The notes under the pieces are model-generated. The model worked only from the letters and a program-made list of their open reading frames with translations. It was not told the DNA's origin and searched no databases. This document shows positions 49,401-59,427 of a stretch of DNA of 64,000 bases, piece by piece; position 1 is the stretch's first letter, and every line of letters begins with the position of its first letter. Source of the DNA: Podarcis bocagei (lineage: Eukaryota); NCBI GenBank assembly GCA_964188305.1, contig OZ076895.1, one strand, 5' to 3'. The translations under genes and the position numbers were made by a program.

Positions 49401-50530
49401 AAGAACAGAAACCAAAAGTGAACGGAATAATTTACTAGTATCGAGATATAGGAAAATATATGTGCAAGAAAGGACCCTCCAAACTCCTCTTTATTTGCTT
49501 TTCAGCTTTTAGAGAGCCAGGAACTTCCCCCAGAAACAACTGTGTACTTCCAACTAATCAACAGACAAAAATGTTTACAGGCCAGCTTCACATAAAGTCC
49601 CAGTTGTTATTGCAACAGCTAGGACTTGCAAAATAAAATGTTGATATATCTGGATGCTGCTTATAACAGGAACAAAGAAAATCCTTCTAACCCAAAATGA
49701 GTTGTCTAGTACTCTTGTAGCAAAACAGCAACATGATATTGGTACACTGAGCCGATGCTTGCACAATTCTTAGCAGAGCCAACACCTTTGTAAAGGCTTC
49801 AAGGCAAATACACTACAGAGCATGCAAAAATAATTCAACTGCTTTTCTACCAGCCCTCATGTTACTTCTCCTGATGCATTTGTCTATTTGATCATAACTT
49901 TTCATACACTAAAAAGTTATTTTCAAAGCGTTCCTTAGCCCTGCATATATTTGTTTCATCACTGACTTGAGCCACACCTAATGAACAAGCTATTGCAGCA
50001 CTTGTCACCATGCAACAAAACCTGCTGTCTAAAGGTTACAGTGTAATTCTAAACAGTAGCAAATGCAGAAAAAAATCTTTGTTGCATGAACATTTTATAG
50101 CCAGGGTACTACTAAGCATGTGTGCAGCCGCACTCCTAGCTCAATGGCAGGAAGCATGCTAAGAAAATGACTACCATGCACCCAGTGTTTCAGATGTTTC
50201 TAGCATGGCAACATCTTCCAGTAAGTCCTTCTTTATCAAGTAATACAGTCACATCTTACTCTGTGCAGCAACCAACTTCCAGAAAATAGATGCTAGGGTA
50301 CCAGTCCTAGAAATTAAAAATGGCACAAGGCTCCACACACCGTACATGGGGACTGAAGTGGAATGGATCTTGGAAGGGCAGATGTTTCAAAGCTCTTTCT
50401 CATCTCAAAAAAAAGACATTGTGTATTCAAAGAGAAAGAAGAAGTTTAAACAAGTTATACTTACGAGGCATGATCCCTTGGCTAACCAGCTCCTCACGTG
50501 TTCGTCGCTGCTGGAGCTTCAACTGTAGCA
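23210..50530 (-). CDS. MRTFA: Myocardin-related transcription factor A (MKL1/MAL); RPEL1-3, basic, Q-rich, SAP, leucine zipper and TAD; 5'-partial (1057 aa from the Met of GIMPP at 50471)
   Basis: Exons (-): 50530-50465, 34554-34499, 33688-33613, 32519-32358, 31229-31054, 30376-30218, 29773-29520, 28751-28580, 27962-26856, 26280-26185, 25367-25209, 24636-24460, 24122-24062, 23721-23210. All introns GT-AG and phase-consistent; ends DLQLHWDSCL*; tail-to-tail with SGSM3, as in human. Confidence 0.96.
24062..24122 (-). CDS. MRTFA: MRTFA exon (ENGCSSQQMDDLFDILIEHG)
   Basis: cag/gtaagt boundaries. Confidence 0.95.
24460..24636 (-). CDS. MRTFA: MRTFA exon (LLSQPGSP...KEPPGYEEAVKQQPKPLE)
   Basis: cag/gtgaga boundaries; PPGY motif. 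Confidence 0.94.
25209..25367 (-). CDS. MRTFA: MRTFA probable extra exon B (VQKPGLQMVTGQLPQ...NLQPFFMNGFHKG...SMPKK)
   Basis: ctgac branch point, pyrimidine tract and tag acceptor; AAG|gtaccc donor; 159 nt, phase 0-0, no stops. Confidence 0.72.
25542..26134 (+). mobile_element. Degenerate L2 LINE ORF2 fragment interrupted by a CORE/MIR-like SINE (about 25778-26086, - strand)
   Basis: L2 motifs (SLGVxLD, LDYCxALY, then LxWxxIxFxAQFKVL after the SINE); SINE core cctcacaacaac...gaaggtagg...ggattcaaacc. Confidence 0.65.
26185..26280 (-). CDS. MRTFA: MRTFA probable extra exon A (RVSSPPVKTSIQQPVCSSQSPLQPPPVEPIKK)
   Basis: ttctctctcag acceptor, AAG|gtaggg donor, 96 nt, phase 0-0, no stops. Confidence 0.72.
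26856..27962 (-). CDS. MRTFA: MRTFA large exon, SAP domain and leucine zipper (VAELKQELKLR...PLPLR)
   Basis: tag/gtaggt boundaries; 369 codons; ORF 26823..27962. Confidence 0.95.
28580..28751 (-). CDS. MRTFA: MRTFA exon (PPGEQQSS...LPVNLDDMK)
   Basis: cag/gtaaac boundaries. Confidence 0.94.
29520..29773 (-). CDS. MRTFA: MRTFA exon, basic B1 and Q-rich (KPKVKKLKYHQYIPP...QQQQ...PAPP)
   Basis: tag/gtatgg boundaries; SRF-binding motif. Confidence 0.96.
30218..30376 (-). CDS. MRTFA: MRTFA exon (VVCQLK...PLPTLIK)
   Basis: cag/gtacct boundaries; 53 codons. Confidence 0.92.
30591..30774 (+). mobile_element. tRNA-derived SINE, Squam3-like (CR1-type tail)
   Basis: A box tagctcagt, B box gttcaatcc, tail gatggacca..ggtc...aaggcaatttcctatg. 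Confidence 0.75.
31054..31229 (-). CDS. MRTFA: MRTFA exon (VGQVNYPKVADSSS...SPAQ)
   Basis: cag/gtgaga boundaries; tandem CAGTAG acceptor. Confidence 0.94.
32358..32519 (-). CDS. MRTFA: MRTFA exon, RPEL3 (ETSAEPS...RPGPMELVEKNIL...EALI)
   Basis: cag/gtaagg boundaries. Confidence 0.96.
33613..33688 (-). CDS. MRTFA: MRTFA exon, RPEL2 (TEDYLKRKIRSRPERSELVRMHILE)
   Basis: cag/gtatga boundaries. Confidence 0.96.
34499..34554 (-). CDS. MRTFA: MRTFA exon (PLKSPAAFHEQRRSLERAR)
   Basis: cag/gtaagc boundaries. Confidence 0.95.
34963..34988 (+). repeat. (GT)n microsatellite
   Basis: Direct tandem repeat. Confidence 0.9.
35376..35658 (+). mobile_element. Sauria SINE, 5'-truncated and internally deleted
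   Basis: gcagttcgaaagca...gtagataaataggtac...tagtcatgctggccacatgacc and (acctt)n tail; reverse complement of the 37029-37377 copy. Confidence 0.85.
37029..37377 (-). mobile_element. Sauria SINE, near full length
   Basis: On - strand: tRNA-like head gtggcgctgtgggttaaacc...ggttcgaatcc and (acctt t)n tail; many CpGs retained. Confidence 0.92.
37420..37464 (+). repeat. (ATT)n microsatellite
   Basis: Direct tandem repeat. Confidence 0.9.
38974..39142. mobile_element. Tc1/mariner (pogo/Tigger-like) MITE
   Basis: TA|cagtagtacc...gaggtaccactg|TA; shares its 3' end with 63564-63809. Confidence 0.8.
39200..39373 (+). mobile_element. CR1 LINE 3' end
   Basis: ggttggccactgtgacaacaggatgctgaactagatgggcc...tgatccagcagggctcttctgatattctat, typical reptile CR1 terminus. 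Confidence 0.75.
41012..41181 (+). mobile_element. tRNA-derived SINE, Squam3-like
   Basis: atagctcagtgg...ggttcaatcccc...ctagatggaccaatggtctgactc...aggcagcttcct; matches the 30591 copy. Confidence 0.75.
42664..43244 (+). mobile_element. BovB (RTE clade) LINE, 5'-truncated 3' fragment
   Basis: ORF 42708-43232 (VFPVVMYGSESWTIKKADRRRIDAFELWCWRRLLRVPW...), (CAA)n tail, 11-bp TSD aatctttatag at 42653-42663 and 43245-43255. Confidence 0.95.
43888..44342. mobile_element. Old hAT-like element with a nested (TTCA)n/L2-tail insertion (about 44110-44250)
   Basis: TIR caggggtggggaa / ttcccactcctg; flanking 8-mers aaccaggg and agctagtg match partly. Confidence 0.5.
44540..44666 (-). mobile_element. CORE/MIR-like SINE fragment (others near 47815-47970 + and 56800-57010 +)
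   Basis: ctcacaacaaccctatgaag...ggctaagagacagtgact...ggatttgaaccc. Confidence 0.6.
45675..45914. mobile_element. Tc1/mariner (pogo/Tigger-like) MITE
   Basis: Perfect 18-bp TIR cagtggtacctcgggtta, TA TSD, internal copies of the TIR motif. Confidence 0.88.
50465..50530 (-). CDS. MRTFA: MRTFA exon, RPEL1 (VLQLKLQQRRTREELVSQGIMP)
   Basis: cag/gtaagt boundaries on - strand. Confidence 0.95.
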
Positions 50531-52305
50531 CTGCAATGAGGCAGACAAAGAATTAAGTGCGGAACAGGTTACTGTGACATGCCACAATGCAGAGCATATT
50601 TTTCTCTTCATTTTCTTTTTTTTTTAGCTCCAGAACATTAGTGTGTAGGAGAGAAGCCCTGTCATCCCCACCCAATTCTTAACTCTTGCAATTGCAGAAG
50701 TGGCCTCAGGCAGCAAGGTTTCCGTATTCTGCTGTAGACAGCGGGGAGAGGAAGTTACAATGCATTTTAGCAGGTTGATAAAAAAATCCACAGAGTATGA
50801 AAACAGGGCCTGTTGCTCAACAACTCCTGCAGCACCACAGTCCTTTGCAAATATTGAAAGCATAAAAACACGGGGACCACACAAACAGACTCTGATCCAG
50901 TAAAATGCAGAAATTCACATTTACCGACGTTTTCATTCACGTACACCTAAATTTATCACTAACAACTATACTGTCAGTTGCATGGCTTGTCCCTATTTCT
51001 TACAACCAACAGATTGTACCAACACTGCTTCCAAAAAATGAGATTCCAAGAAAAAATCCTTTTAAGGATTTGAAGAATTCAGCGTAAACCGTTTATACTG
51101 AACACGTTTATACTGAAGTGCACATAACATGGATCAGTTTCTTCTGAATCTGAATGTACTTTAATTACCCTCACAATCCATAGAGTTAGTGACACAAGGT
51201 ATATTTTTCATACTCTCTCAATGTATGCTTACAAATCATAGTGTGGTATTAAAATATACTAGAAATTGTGAGAACAAAACAGAAATAAATTCTGAGCAGC
51301 ATATCTGCAGGAAAAGGTATTATGTTATGTGTATCTTTAGACATTTTTCTACGGAGAAATAGGGACGATGATAATGAAGCTGAGTATACCCATAGCTATG
51401 CATACACACAATATGGATATGATATATATGCAAATCATGTTGCAATTATGTGCTTATAGAAGGTGCTGATACAAGTTAGCTGCCCCATTTAACTGAAAAA
51501 TTATTCTTGATCTGGTCCTCCACGCTGTGTTAAGAGGCACCAACTAAAGCTGTTTTGGCTGTTAGGGTTTGAAATTAGCAGGGCACCAGGAACATTTTGC
51601 GCCTTAAGATTCTCCATTCGTGAGCACCTCAAAAAGCCTGGGTGCCATTTTTTGCGCCTGGCTGACACTCAAGGATTAGTGAAACGTATGTGCTTTGAAG
51701 CCTCAAAGTATATGTTAAGAATAGACAATATGTTAAGGAGTTTAACAATAAATAAGTGTTTTGAAAACACCAAATTAAACATGTAAAATGTTTAAAGTGT
51801 GATATCAACAATGTGTCACTTACATGAATTGCACATTAATTAAAGCTTATCAAAATAATAAAAAGTGTTTCTGACCCTCCACCCCCCCAGTGGCGACTAC
51901 ATTCTTTTGGCACCCACAACCCAGGTCCCAGAAGCCATTTGGCTTCTAGTTTTTCTATCCCAGTTTCTAACACTGGTTATGGTAATATAAAACCCAACTT
52001 TTGTGTGGCCTTTTTATGATTGTGAAAGTTTTGATTTCCTAAAGATTGAAATAAGTGGAAGATAGAACTTTTTTAAAATTGCTTTCATAACTACAAGGCA
52101 ATCATTTGTTAACTATTCAAGTGACACCAGTATTACACAAGTAAACTTAAAGTAATTCTGCAAGATGACAACATACAAGCATGTTTGTATCATATCCTGA
52201 GCACCAAAGTTTGCAAAAAGTTACAATATAAACTGGGATCAAGTCGCTTTAGAAGAAATATAGATCAAACAACTTTGAACATCACAGACACATTCAGAAA
52301 TAATT

Positions 52306-52414
52306 TCCAGAGAGGCAAGTTGTTTTAGTGTGTTGCAGAAAAAACAAAAGAATCTTCTGGTACTATGAAGATTAACACATTTATTATGGCATTAGCTTGT
52401 CTGGACTAGTCTAC
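52306..52414 (-). mobile_element. Old Penelope-like retroelement terminal fragment
   Basis: ttagtgtgttgcagaaaaaacaaaagaatcttctggtac...aagattaacacatttattatggcattagctt resembles PLE pseudo-LTR ends; ribozyme core decayed. Confidence 0.55.
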
Positions 52415-53477
52415 AAGTATATATCTTTGAGGTATTAAGTACACATTTCTATATTGCCTTCATTTTAGAAAAGCATTAAAAATAATCTTACTGCCAGAAC
52501 AGTGCAGCAATCAAGTGAAGCCACTGAAGGGTGGGTCAAATTAGTACTGCATGAACCGTTTGAATCGGAAGTGAAAACACCCATTCTAACCAGATGAAAG
52601 TATACGAGAGGAACTTAAGGTATGCTGAAAGTAGTTACTCAAGAAGCCTGCTAGAATGTAATGCTGAAAGGCTGCTGTCAAGTATCATAGCTTTCATGTT
52701 AAATCGTTAAAAGCTGAAACGAGTCTAATGCTAGCTTCCCAAAACCCACTTTCTTTTAAAACATTGTTTTAAAATATTTGCATTGTTGAAGTTTATAAAC
52801 ACTGCCCCAACTCAAAATTCTGTTTGTGCTCTGATATGTGTGTAAACTGGTATGGGGCTACCAGTTCCTGCTACTTTAAGCTTCTAGGTAACAATCCATC
52901 TTGCATCCGGCCTACATCCCCACTTCCCACTCTTTCCAATCGCCTGCATTGGAATATCCTGCGCTGAGTGCTTTTGCATCTGATAGCAGGTCTGAACCAT
53001 TTCCCTTCCACATCCTTTTCGGCAGCTAACTGAAAGTGTTTCTAAACTAAGCCTATAACCCCCGCCCCCACTTGGAACTCTCTATGTTTGATTAAAGTAG
53101 GCAGTGTCACTTCAGGCTTGTGGGGTGAACCTCAGAGTGAACCCTCTGGCCACCACTGCAGTGGGCGACCCCAACTCCTCTCTCCTGCTCTAAGGAAGTG
53201 TCAGTGGGCCTCTCCACAAATGACAGCAGAGAGGACGAGGAGGTGGCAGCCAAGGCAAATGCAGAGGAGGATGAAGGAGCAGCAGCAGCAGCACAGAGCA
53301 AGAAGTGACCCTCAGCATGTTAAATTAAGTAGGCACTGCCCTTTCGTGATCAAATTCTATTAAGACTACAGTATTACCCATTCTGTTTATACACTGTGCA
53401 ATTGTGATAATTTTATTTATGTTTTGTAAATTTGTAACATGTAAAATATAATAAATAAATGCAACGTTATTTCACCT

Positions 53478-53879
53478 CAAGAGGTAGCTGGGGCTCATCA
53501 AGCTGGGAAGGAAGCCCATCTAGGAGAAGAAAAACTGATCCTAAACCTCCACTGTTTTTCAGGAGAAGAAAAAGCTAAGGAGGAAACCCTACACAAATCC
53601 AGACTGGAGTCCCTAAGACAATTGGATGGTGCCTTATATGCTTCCTTATGGCAACTCCTGCAGCCAAGCTGGTGCCAAACATATTGCTCTGCTTTCTTTT
53701 GGACCACCATCAGCGAGGGCGGGGGGGGGGTCTTGTTGTCTGGGCAGCCCAGGACCCCCATACACACTACCCAGGCTTGCTCCCTAAGGTGGTCACTTGG
53801 TGCTGCTAACACAATGGTTTGACTTCACCCCCAGAGGCACACTCCATTATTTCTCAAGACAGATGGATGCTAACATCAA
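53478..53879 (+). mobile_element. Probable non-autonomous RTE-derived retroposon
   Basis: gggaaggaagcccatctaggagaagaaaaact resembles an RTE 5'-UTR motif; ends ctccatt...agacagatggatgctaacatcaa; no coding capacity. Confidence 0.5.
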
Positions 53880-54789
53880 TTTCAATTCAGCAATAACTGC
53901 TAAGCTACCAATGCAAATAAGCCATTTGAAGAGCTCAAAACCACCCTCCCATCCCCAATTAATCTGAACTTTATTTGAAAAGGTTATATTCCTTTTTTGC
54001 TATGGTGACCCTGACAGCTAGGAACCAACTCATATGAAATGTTCATATTCCCTTCTGAATCATGAGTGCTCACGAAACATACTTAGCATAGAAGGTGTTT
54101 GGTTCCAAGTGTGAGACCATTAAGAAATAAAAATTAAGGAGCTTACAGTGAAATTGCTGAAAGCTCAAAGTGCTAACCAGCTTTTAAATGGATTCATGAA
54201 ATATCATTTGCCAGGTCCAAAAAGAGTAGAATGCGGCAGAGACCCAGAGTTATGCACTACAACGACAACAATTTATTTATATGTCACTCATCTGACTGCC
54301 CCAGCCACTCTGGGCAGCTTCCAACAAAAAACAGTAAAAACACAATACAACATCACACATTAAAAACTTCCCTGAATGCCAATGCTTTCTTGTAACAAAC
54401 ATATGAGCTTCAATCTTAGATTGGAGGTGCTCGCAAGCTTATTTAGAGCAGGCTTTTGCCTTGTACATGAAACATGATGCCATTCTAGAGAATAATACTT
54501 TAATCCACTGAAGGCTGAGGGGGAATGTGAACTGTCTATGCACTTTGGCATATTATATAGTTCATAAACATTTAAGTGAAGCAGATTGTACACACCACCT
54601 AAAGAGTCATGGCTGTGTATTCCATCAGCTGGAAGAAGATCAGCAATAATTTGTATTACAGTGTACCAACTGGAATAAGGGGAAAGAACTGGCACTCATT
54701 TCAATTTTACAGTGTATATTGCTCCTATGATGTGTATGAACTCTTGAAGAGCTCATCAATCTTAAGCAAAGTACAAAACTTAGAGAAAA

Positions 54790-54824
54790 CTGAAGAAGTG
54801 TGCATGCACACGAAAGCTCATACC
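54790..54824 (+). ncRNA. Minimal (PLE-type) hammerhead ribozyme core, 5' arm of stem I missing
   Basis: CUGAAGA-A, palindromic stem II GUGUGCAUGCACAC, GAA-AGCU-C, then AUACC. Confidence 0.65.
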
Positions 54825-54913
54825 AAGAACTATCTTAGTTGGTCTTTAAGGTGCTACTGGAAGGAATTTTTTTATTTTGACTATGGCAGACCAACACGGC
54901 TACCTACCTGTAA
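54790..54913 (+). mobile_element. Penelope-like element terminal fragment with 13-bp TSD
   Basis: gaaagctcatacc...ttagttggtctttaaggtgctactgg...ggcagaccaacacggctacctacctg; TSD ttagagaaaactg at 54780-54792 and 54914-54926. Confidence 0.8.
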
Positions 54914-56516
54914 TTAGAGAAAACTGTTTGCTTTACTACATCTCACACTCCATTCCTGCTTTTACTTGAGTGCAGGGACAACTACTGCTGCAAAATGCCA
55001 GGCGTTTCTTTACAGCTTCCTTGGCAACCACAGTAAGAGGAGAACTTGCTGATTTACTCTGTAATATCTTTAGGAGACACTCGGGGCAAGACACCCTATT
55101 TATATTCATGTCAAGGGATTATACCAATGCAAAAATGCTGAGAAAAAATGAACTACTTCCCGTTGGGCTATAAAGGGGTGGCTTACAAAAGCAGATATGA
55201 AATGTAGAAAACAGAATCAGTTCCTTTAACTGCATTTTACTCAGTTCCAGTTGGTGGAAGGAAATCTTCTCCACCTCAAACCACGGTGATTTAATATTTG
55301 CATTTCCAAGCTCCCAGAAATCTTCCTAAGAAACAAAACAGTTTTTACTTCTGAAAGATTGCTAAGACAGCTGCCAGTAAGCAGACCAGGCATCTGTTCA
55401 CATTCTTACAGTGCTGCTGAATACAACCACAGTCCCTTGCAAATAGACAAGAGACACACACTTCAAAAGCATCAAGGAAAACAGATGCAGTTCAACAGCC
55501 TTCATACCAGATCCTTCTCCCCAATAACTTTTAGAATTTGAGAAAAATCTTGAATATATTTTCATCCATTTCCAACAGCCTATTTTGCGCTTTCCCTTGA
55601 AGCCGATCTAGTGATAAGGAACCCTTTTACTAAAGGTAAAACAAAAAAGATTCTAAAGAGGAGAACCTGGGAGAAAGTTCCCTAAAACTCAAGTTTTTGA
55701 TCCTTATTATGTAGTCAAAACTATACTATCCACAAAAAAGAGGGGGATATCATCAAGCTTGAGTGAAAGTGCAAAAATACAAAAAGGTATTCTATTTTTT
55801 TAAAAAATGTGGGTCCCACTTGCCTTATTCTATCTCCAAAGAAAATTATTCCCTTTGAAAGGGGAAAGGAATTCCAAAACTCAAGTCATTAGTGTGACTG
55901 ATGAGTTATATGATCTTGTTGACTGTGTCATACTGAGTTTTAAAATGATAGATCAGGAATTATCAAGCTTTCTACCCTCAAGGCAAAACCTGAGATGGCT
56001 GGAAATTTCTGAGGTACATCATCACACAATGGAAGACGACTTTGGTACAATCAGCTGGCCGTTACTGACATCATGCTATCTAATCCATCTCTGGATATTG
56101 CTAAATTCTTTGCCGTGGCACTTTCCTTGTAGCAAGGAGTTCTATAGCTCAGCTTTCCTTAAGCTCAGTACAGACATCTGCCCTGGAGATAAGGTACAAC
56201 CTCTACATTTGGGGCAAAGTTTGCCAATCCAAAGTCTAATTCAGAGTAGGAGAATGCTTTTTCTTTTGTCCCCCCCCCCATCCCTATGTGCATCTCAAAG
56301 TATTTTACCCATCTCCTACAATTTCTTCTCCCATTCTCCTTTCAGACTCAACTTGTACCGTAACCCTACCCCCAAAAAATTACCTGTTTGTTTCATCCAG
56401 TGGCACTGAGACCCACTGGCTGATCCTGGTCAACTGTTTCAGAAACACTGTTCTGGGTAATCTGTAGATTCTTCAGAACTTTATTTAGCACTGTGGTCTA
56501 GGATATTTGTTTATGC

Positions 56517-56790
56517 CAAGGGTAGGGAACTTTTTCCATTCAAAGGGCCACATTATGGCAAACATTCCAAGGGCCATGTGCCAGTGGTAGGCATGGCCAC
56601 ACACAAACATCAGTCTCCATCCTGGCCAGAAAGAGTTGTTTTCTCAGTTCAATGACATGTTCCAGCAAAGAAAAATCACTAGAGGAGGGTGCGGAGAAGG
56701 ACCAATGAGGGTGTTTGGCCATGGTAGAGTCCCAAGAGCCAAGTCAAGAGGGATGCATTTGGCCCCTGGGCCCAAGATTCCATACACCTG
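56517..56790. mobile_element. Old hAT-like non-autonomous element
   Basis: caagggtagggaac...aagggccacatt start and ggcccctgggcccaagattccatacacctg end. Confidence 0.45.
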
Positions 56791-57969
56791 AACTATACTG
56801 CTAATATGGTTAAGTGGGTAAAATTCTGGACTAAGACTAGAAGTTAAGATTCAAATGCCCACTCGATCATGAAGCCTGTTGTGGGCCAGCTGCTCTCTCT
56901 CAGCCAAACCTACCTCACACAATTGTTGTGAGGGGAAAAGTGGAGAGGGAAAAGAAGACCTTGCATGCCACCTTCAGCTCCTTGGGGAAAAGGCAGAATA
57001 TAAATGTAAAACATGTAAGTTGGTTTTAGCTAAATGTACACTACCCCAAAATAAATAATACCTTTGTCTTGAAGAGATGCTTTGATCTATTTGAACTGAC
57101 ACTAATTAGTATAGCAAGAACACACTCAGTAGTTCAGCAACTTCAAGAGACATACAGTTCCTTTTGTTTTAATTTTGCAAGCCGCCCAGAGGACACTGTC
57201 CTGGGGGTGCCCTAGAAATCTTTTTAAATAAATTAATATTTTTCTGCTGATCATTTGCAGTTGATGTTGCTGCAATAACAGAATACGACAAAGCTTGAGG
57301 AAGTTAATAAATCTATTGTGAATGAAACAGAAATCTTATTTTTATACAAGGTTAGGCTTCAAGGTATCACTCTGAGCAGCAACTGTGAATCCTTAATTTC
57401 GGATTGCACACTTCTCAAATCATCAAGTCAAAGCTCAATGGTGTGCGCCTGCACCACATCATGTAATCAATTATGGGGGGCGAGACTTACCTGCCCCTCC
57501 CTATTTTATTCAAGTTAGCTGACTGAAATGAAAAAAGCACTTATAATGAAATATTTTCTATTTTGACCTCTCCATCTGAAATGAATGCAATATTGCCAAT
57601 ATAAACACACACACACACGCCTTGAACATCCCCATTAATACTGGGCCACTACACTGTAATCATGGTCAAGCATCCAAGAACATTCTCAGACACATTAATT
57701 GTTATCTTGGTATGGAAGCAATAAAAGTGCAATAAAAGCACAATGGGCTACAATCAATGTTAGTCATATTCCTGAGTAGGTCTATTGATATTAACGGGCA
57801 AGACCTAAGTTAGTCTATAATTTTAAATGGCTCTACTAAGAAAGAGAAGACAACTCCATTTGGCTGCCAAATTTCTAAATCTATAAATTCAATGACTATT
57901 TTAGAAAACAAACTTAGATCACAGTATGCAAAGCAAGTGTGCCTCAGACAGTTGCCACTAGGTCTAAGG

Positions 57970-58105
57970 CAGGCATGGCCAAACTTGGCCCTCCAGCTGT
58001 TTTGGGAATACAACTCCCATCATCCCTAGCTAACAGGACCAGTGGTCAGGGATGATGGGAATTATAGTCCCCAAACAGCTGGAGGGCCAAGTTTGGCCAT
58101 GCCTG
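57970..58105. mobile_element. Young hAT MITE, near-perfect palindrome
   Basis: 33-bp perfect TIR starting caggcatggccaaacttggccctccagctg; perfect 8-bp TSD gtctaagg at 57962-57969 and 58106-58113. Confidence 0.93.
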
Positions 58106-59257
58106 GTCTAAGGCAACAGCTGTGGTTCATAGGAGCAGTCTGGTAAACTAGGAGAGCAAACATGTAAAATGTATCCAAAAAGTCTGAACAGAAAGCAGCT
58201 GCTTCAGGTATCTATACTCTTCCAAACTTCCTTATCACCTAATTTCTTGTAACATCCTAAGTCTACTATTCAGATGGAGCCTTTCTTCCTGTAATTCCAC
58301 ATCCAGCCCTTACGTGTTCATTAGTTTCAGTTTTCCTGTTTGAATATTTGGTATATTTATGGAATATGCTTTTAAACTGTGTCATAATGACCCTCATTTA
58401 CAAAAGCTGAAATGTGCCATCTTTACTAAGGGCAAGGCAGACAACAAGAAAAGAAAACCACCTGATTAGTGCATGGTGCTTACTAGCTGAATGTATGTTC
58501 AAAATGAGCACACAGTGGCAGTGCCTTTCAGTCTGGCAGGGATCAGTAACTTGGGACTATACACTACAGAACAATAGTTACTTTCCTCTGAAAATCAGAA
58601 TATTAGAGAAATTCTGAACAAAGCCCTTATACCTAGACATAATGCAACAGTAACAATTTGAAGTATGATACGCATCATAGCACAAATGGACCACTATGAA
58701 AGTAGCTCAGTGCTTGGGACTGGCCCTAACAGTGCAGTAGAGGTTAGCAAATTATCCTAATTAATCAGAACCTATAAAGAAGAAGAAAAAGGGTTCAATC
58801 AAGTTGTGGCCTCCACTATACATGGTAGCGATAACTGAATAATTATTTGCTTAGCTTCATCAGACAACACTTTCCCATTAAACCAAAATCTGAAATTTTG
58901 GTTTGAAATGAGTTTCCATTTCTGGGTTGGCGAGCAAGCACTAACCATTGTTTGCCATTTCAGCTGTCACAGCAAGACTAGAATGCTGACAAAATTCACA
59001 AACAAAAAGGCTTGCAATAGAGGTATTACAGTATGCAAGAGAACTAGACTAAATCCTAACCACTAATATAGAATTCCACATGGCAGAAACCTAGATAGTG
59101 GGTGAGTCAGCTTCAAATAAAAAAAGGTAAGCTTAACTTTTAGATCAAACTCAATATAAGTAGATTTCAGTTTATATTAAATGAATTACACTTCATAGGT
59201 TAAAAAAAGGACCCAGCTGAAAGTTTCAGCCTTCAGTGAGAAGGATATCCCCGACAG

Positions 59258-59427
59258 CAGGCATGTCCAACCGGTCGATCGCGGGGGGGTGTGTGTCCCT
59301 GGTCGATCGCCATAGTGTTCCAAAACACATACACACAACAAACGTCTGGCAATGAGAATGGGTAGATCACAGCAAGTCTTTTTATAGTGTGAGCAGATCG
59401 CAGTCTCTTGGGAGTTGGACATGCCTG
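59258..59427. mobile_element. hAT MITE (second family)
   Basis: 14-bp TIR caggcatgtccaac; flanks cccgacag and ccctagag (6/8); repeated gatcgc motifs. Confidence 0.82.

Noticed and set aside
50531-50560. In-frame 5' extension of the RPEL1 exon giving an alternative N-terminus
   Set aside because: An in-frame TAA at 50555-50553 comes before any ATG.
52380-52420. Hammerhead ribozyme in the sense orientation of MRTFA pre-mRNA
   Set aside because: The GAAA is mutated and CUGANGA is absent in this older Penelope fragment. Other CTGATGA hits I checked (38952, 55898, 58857) lack stem II plus GAAA.
55807-56409. 200-aa ORF on the + strand
   Set aside because: No recognisable domain, intron-like composition with homopolymer runs; probably chance.
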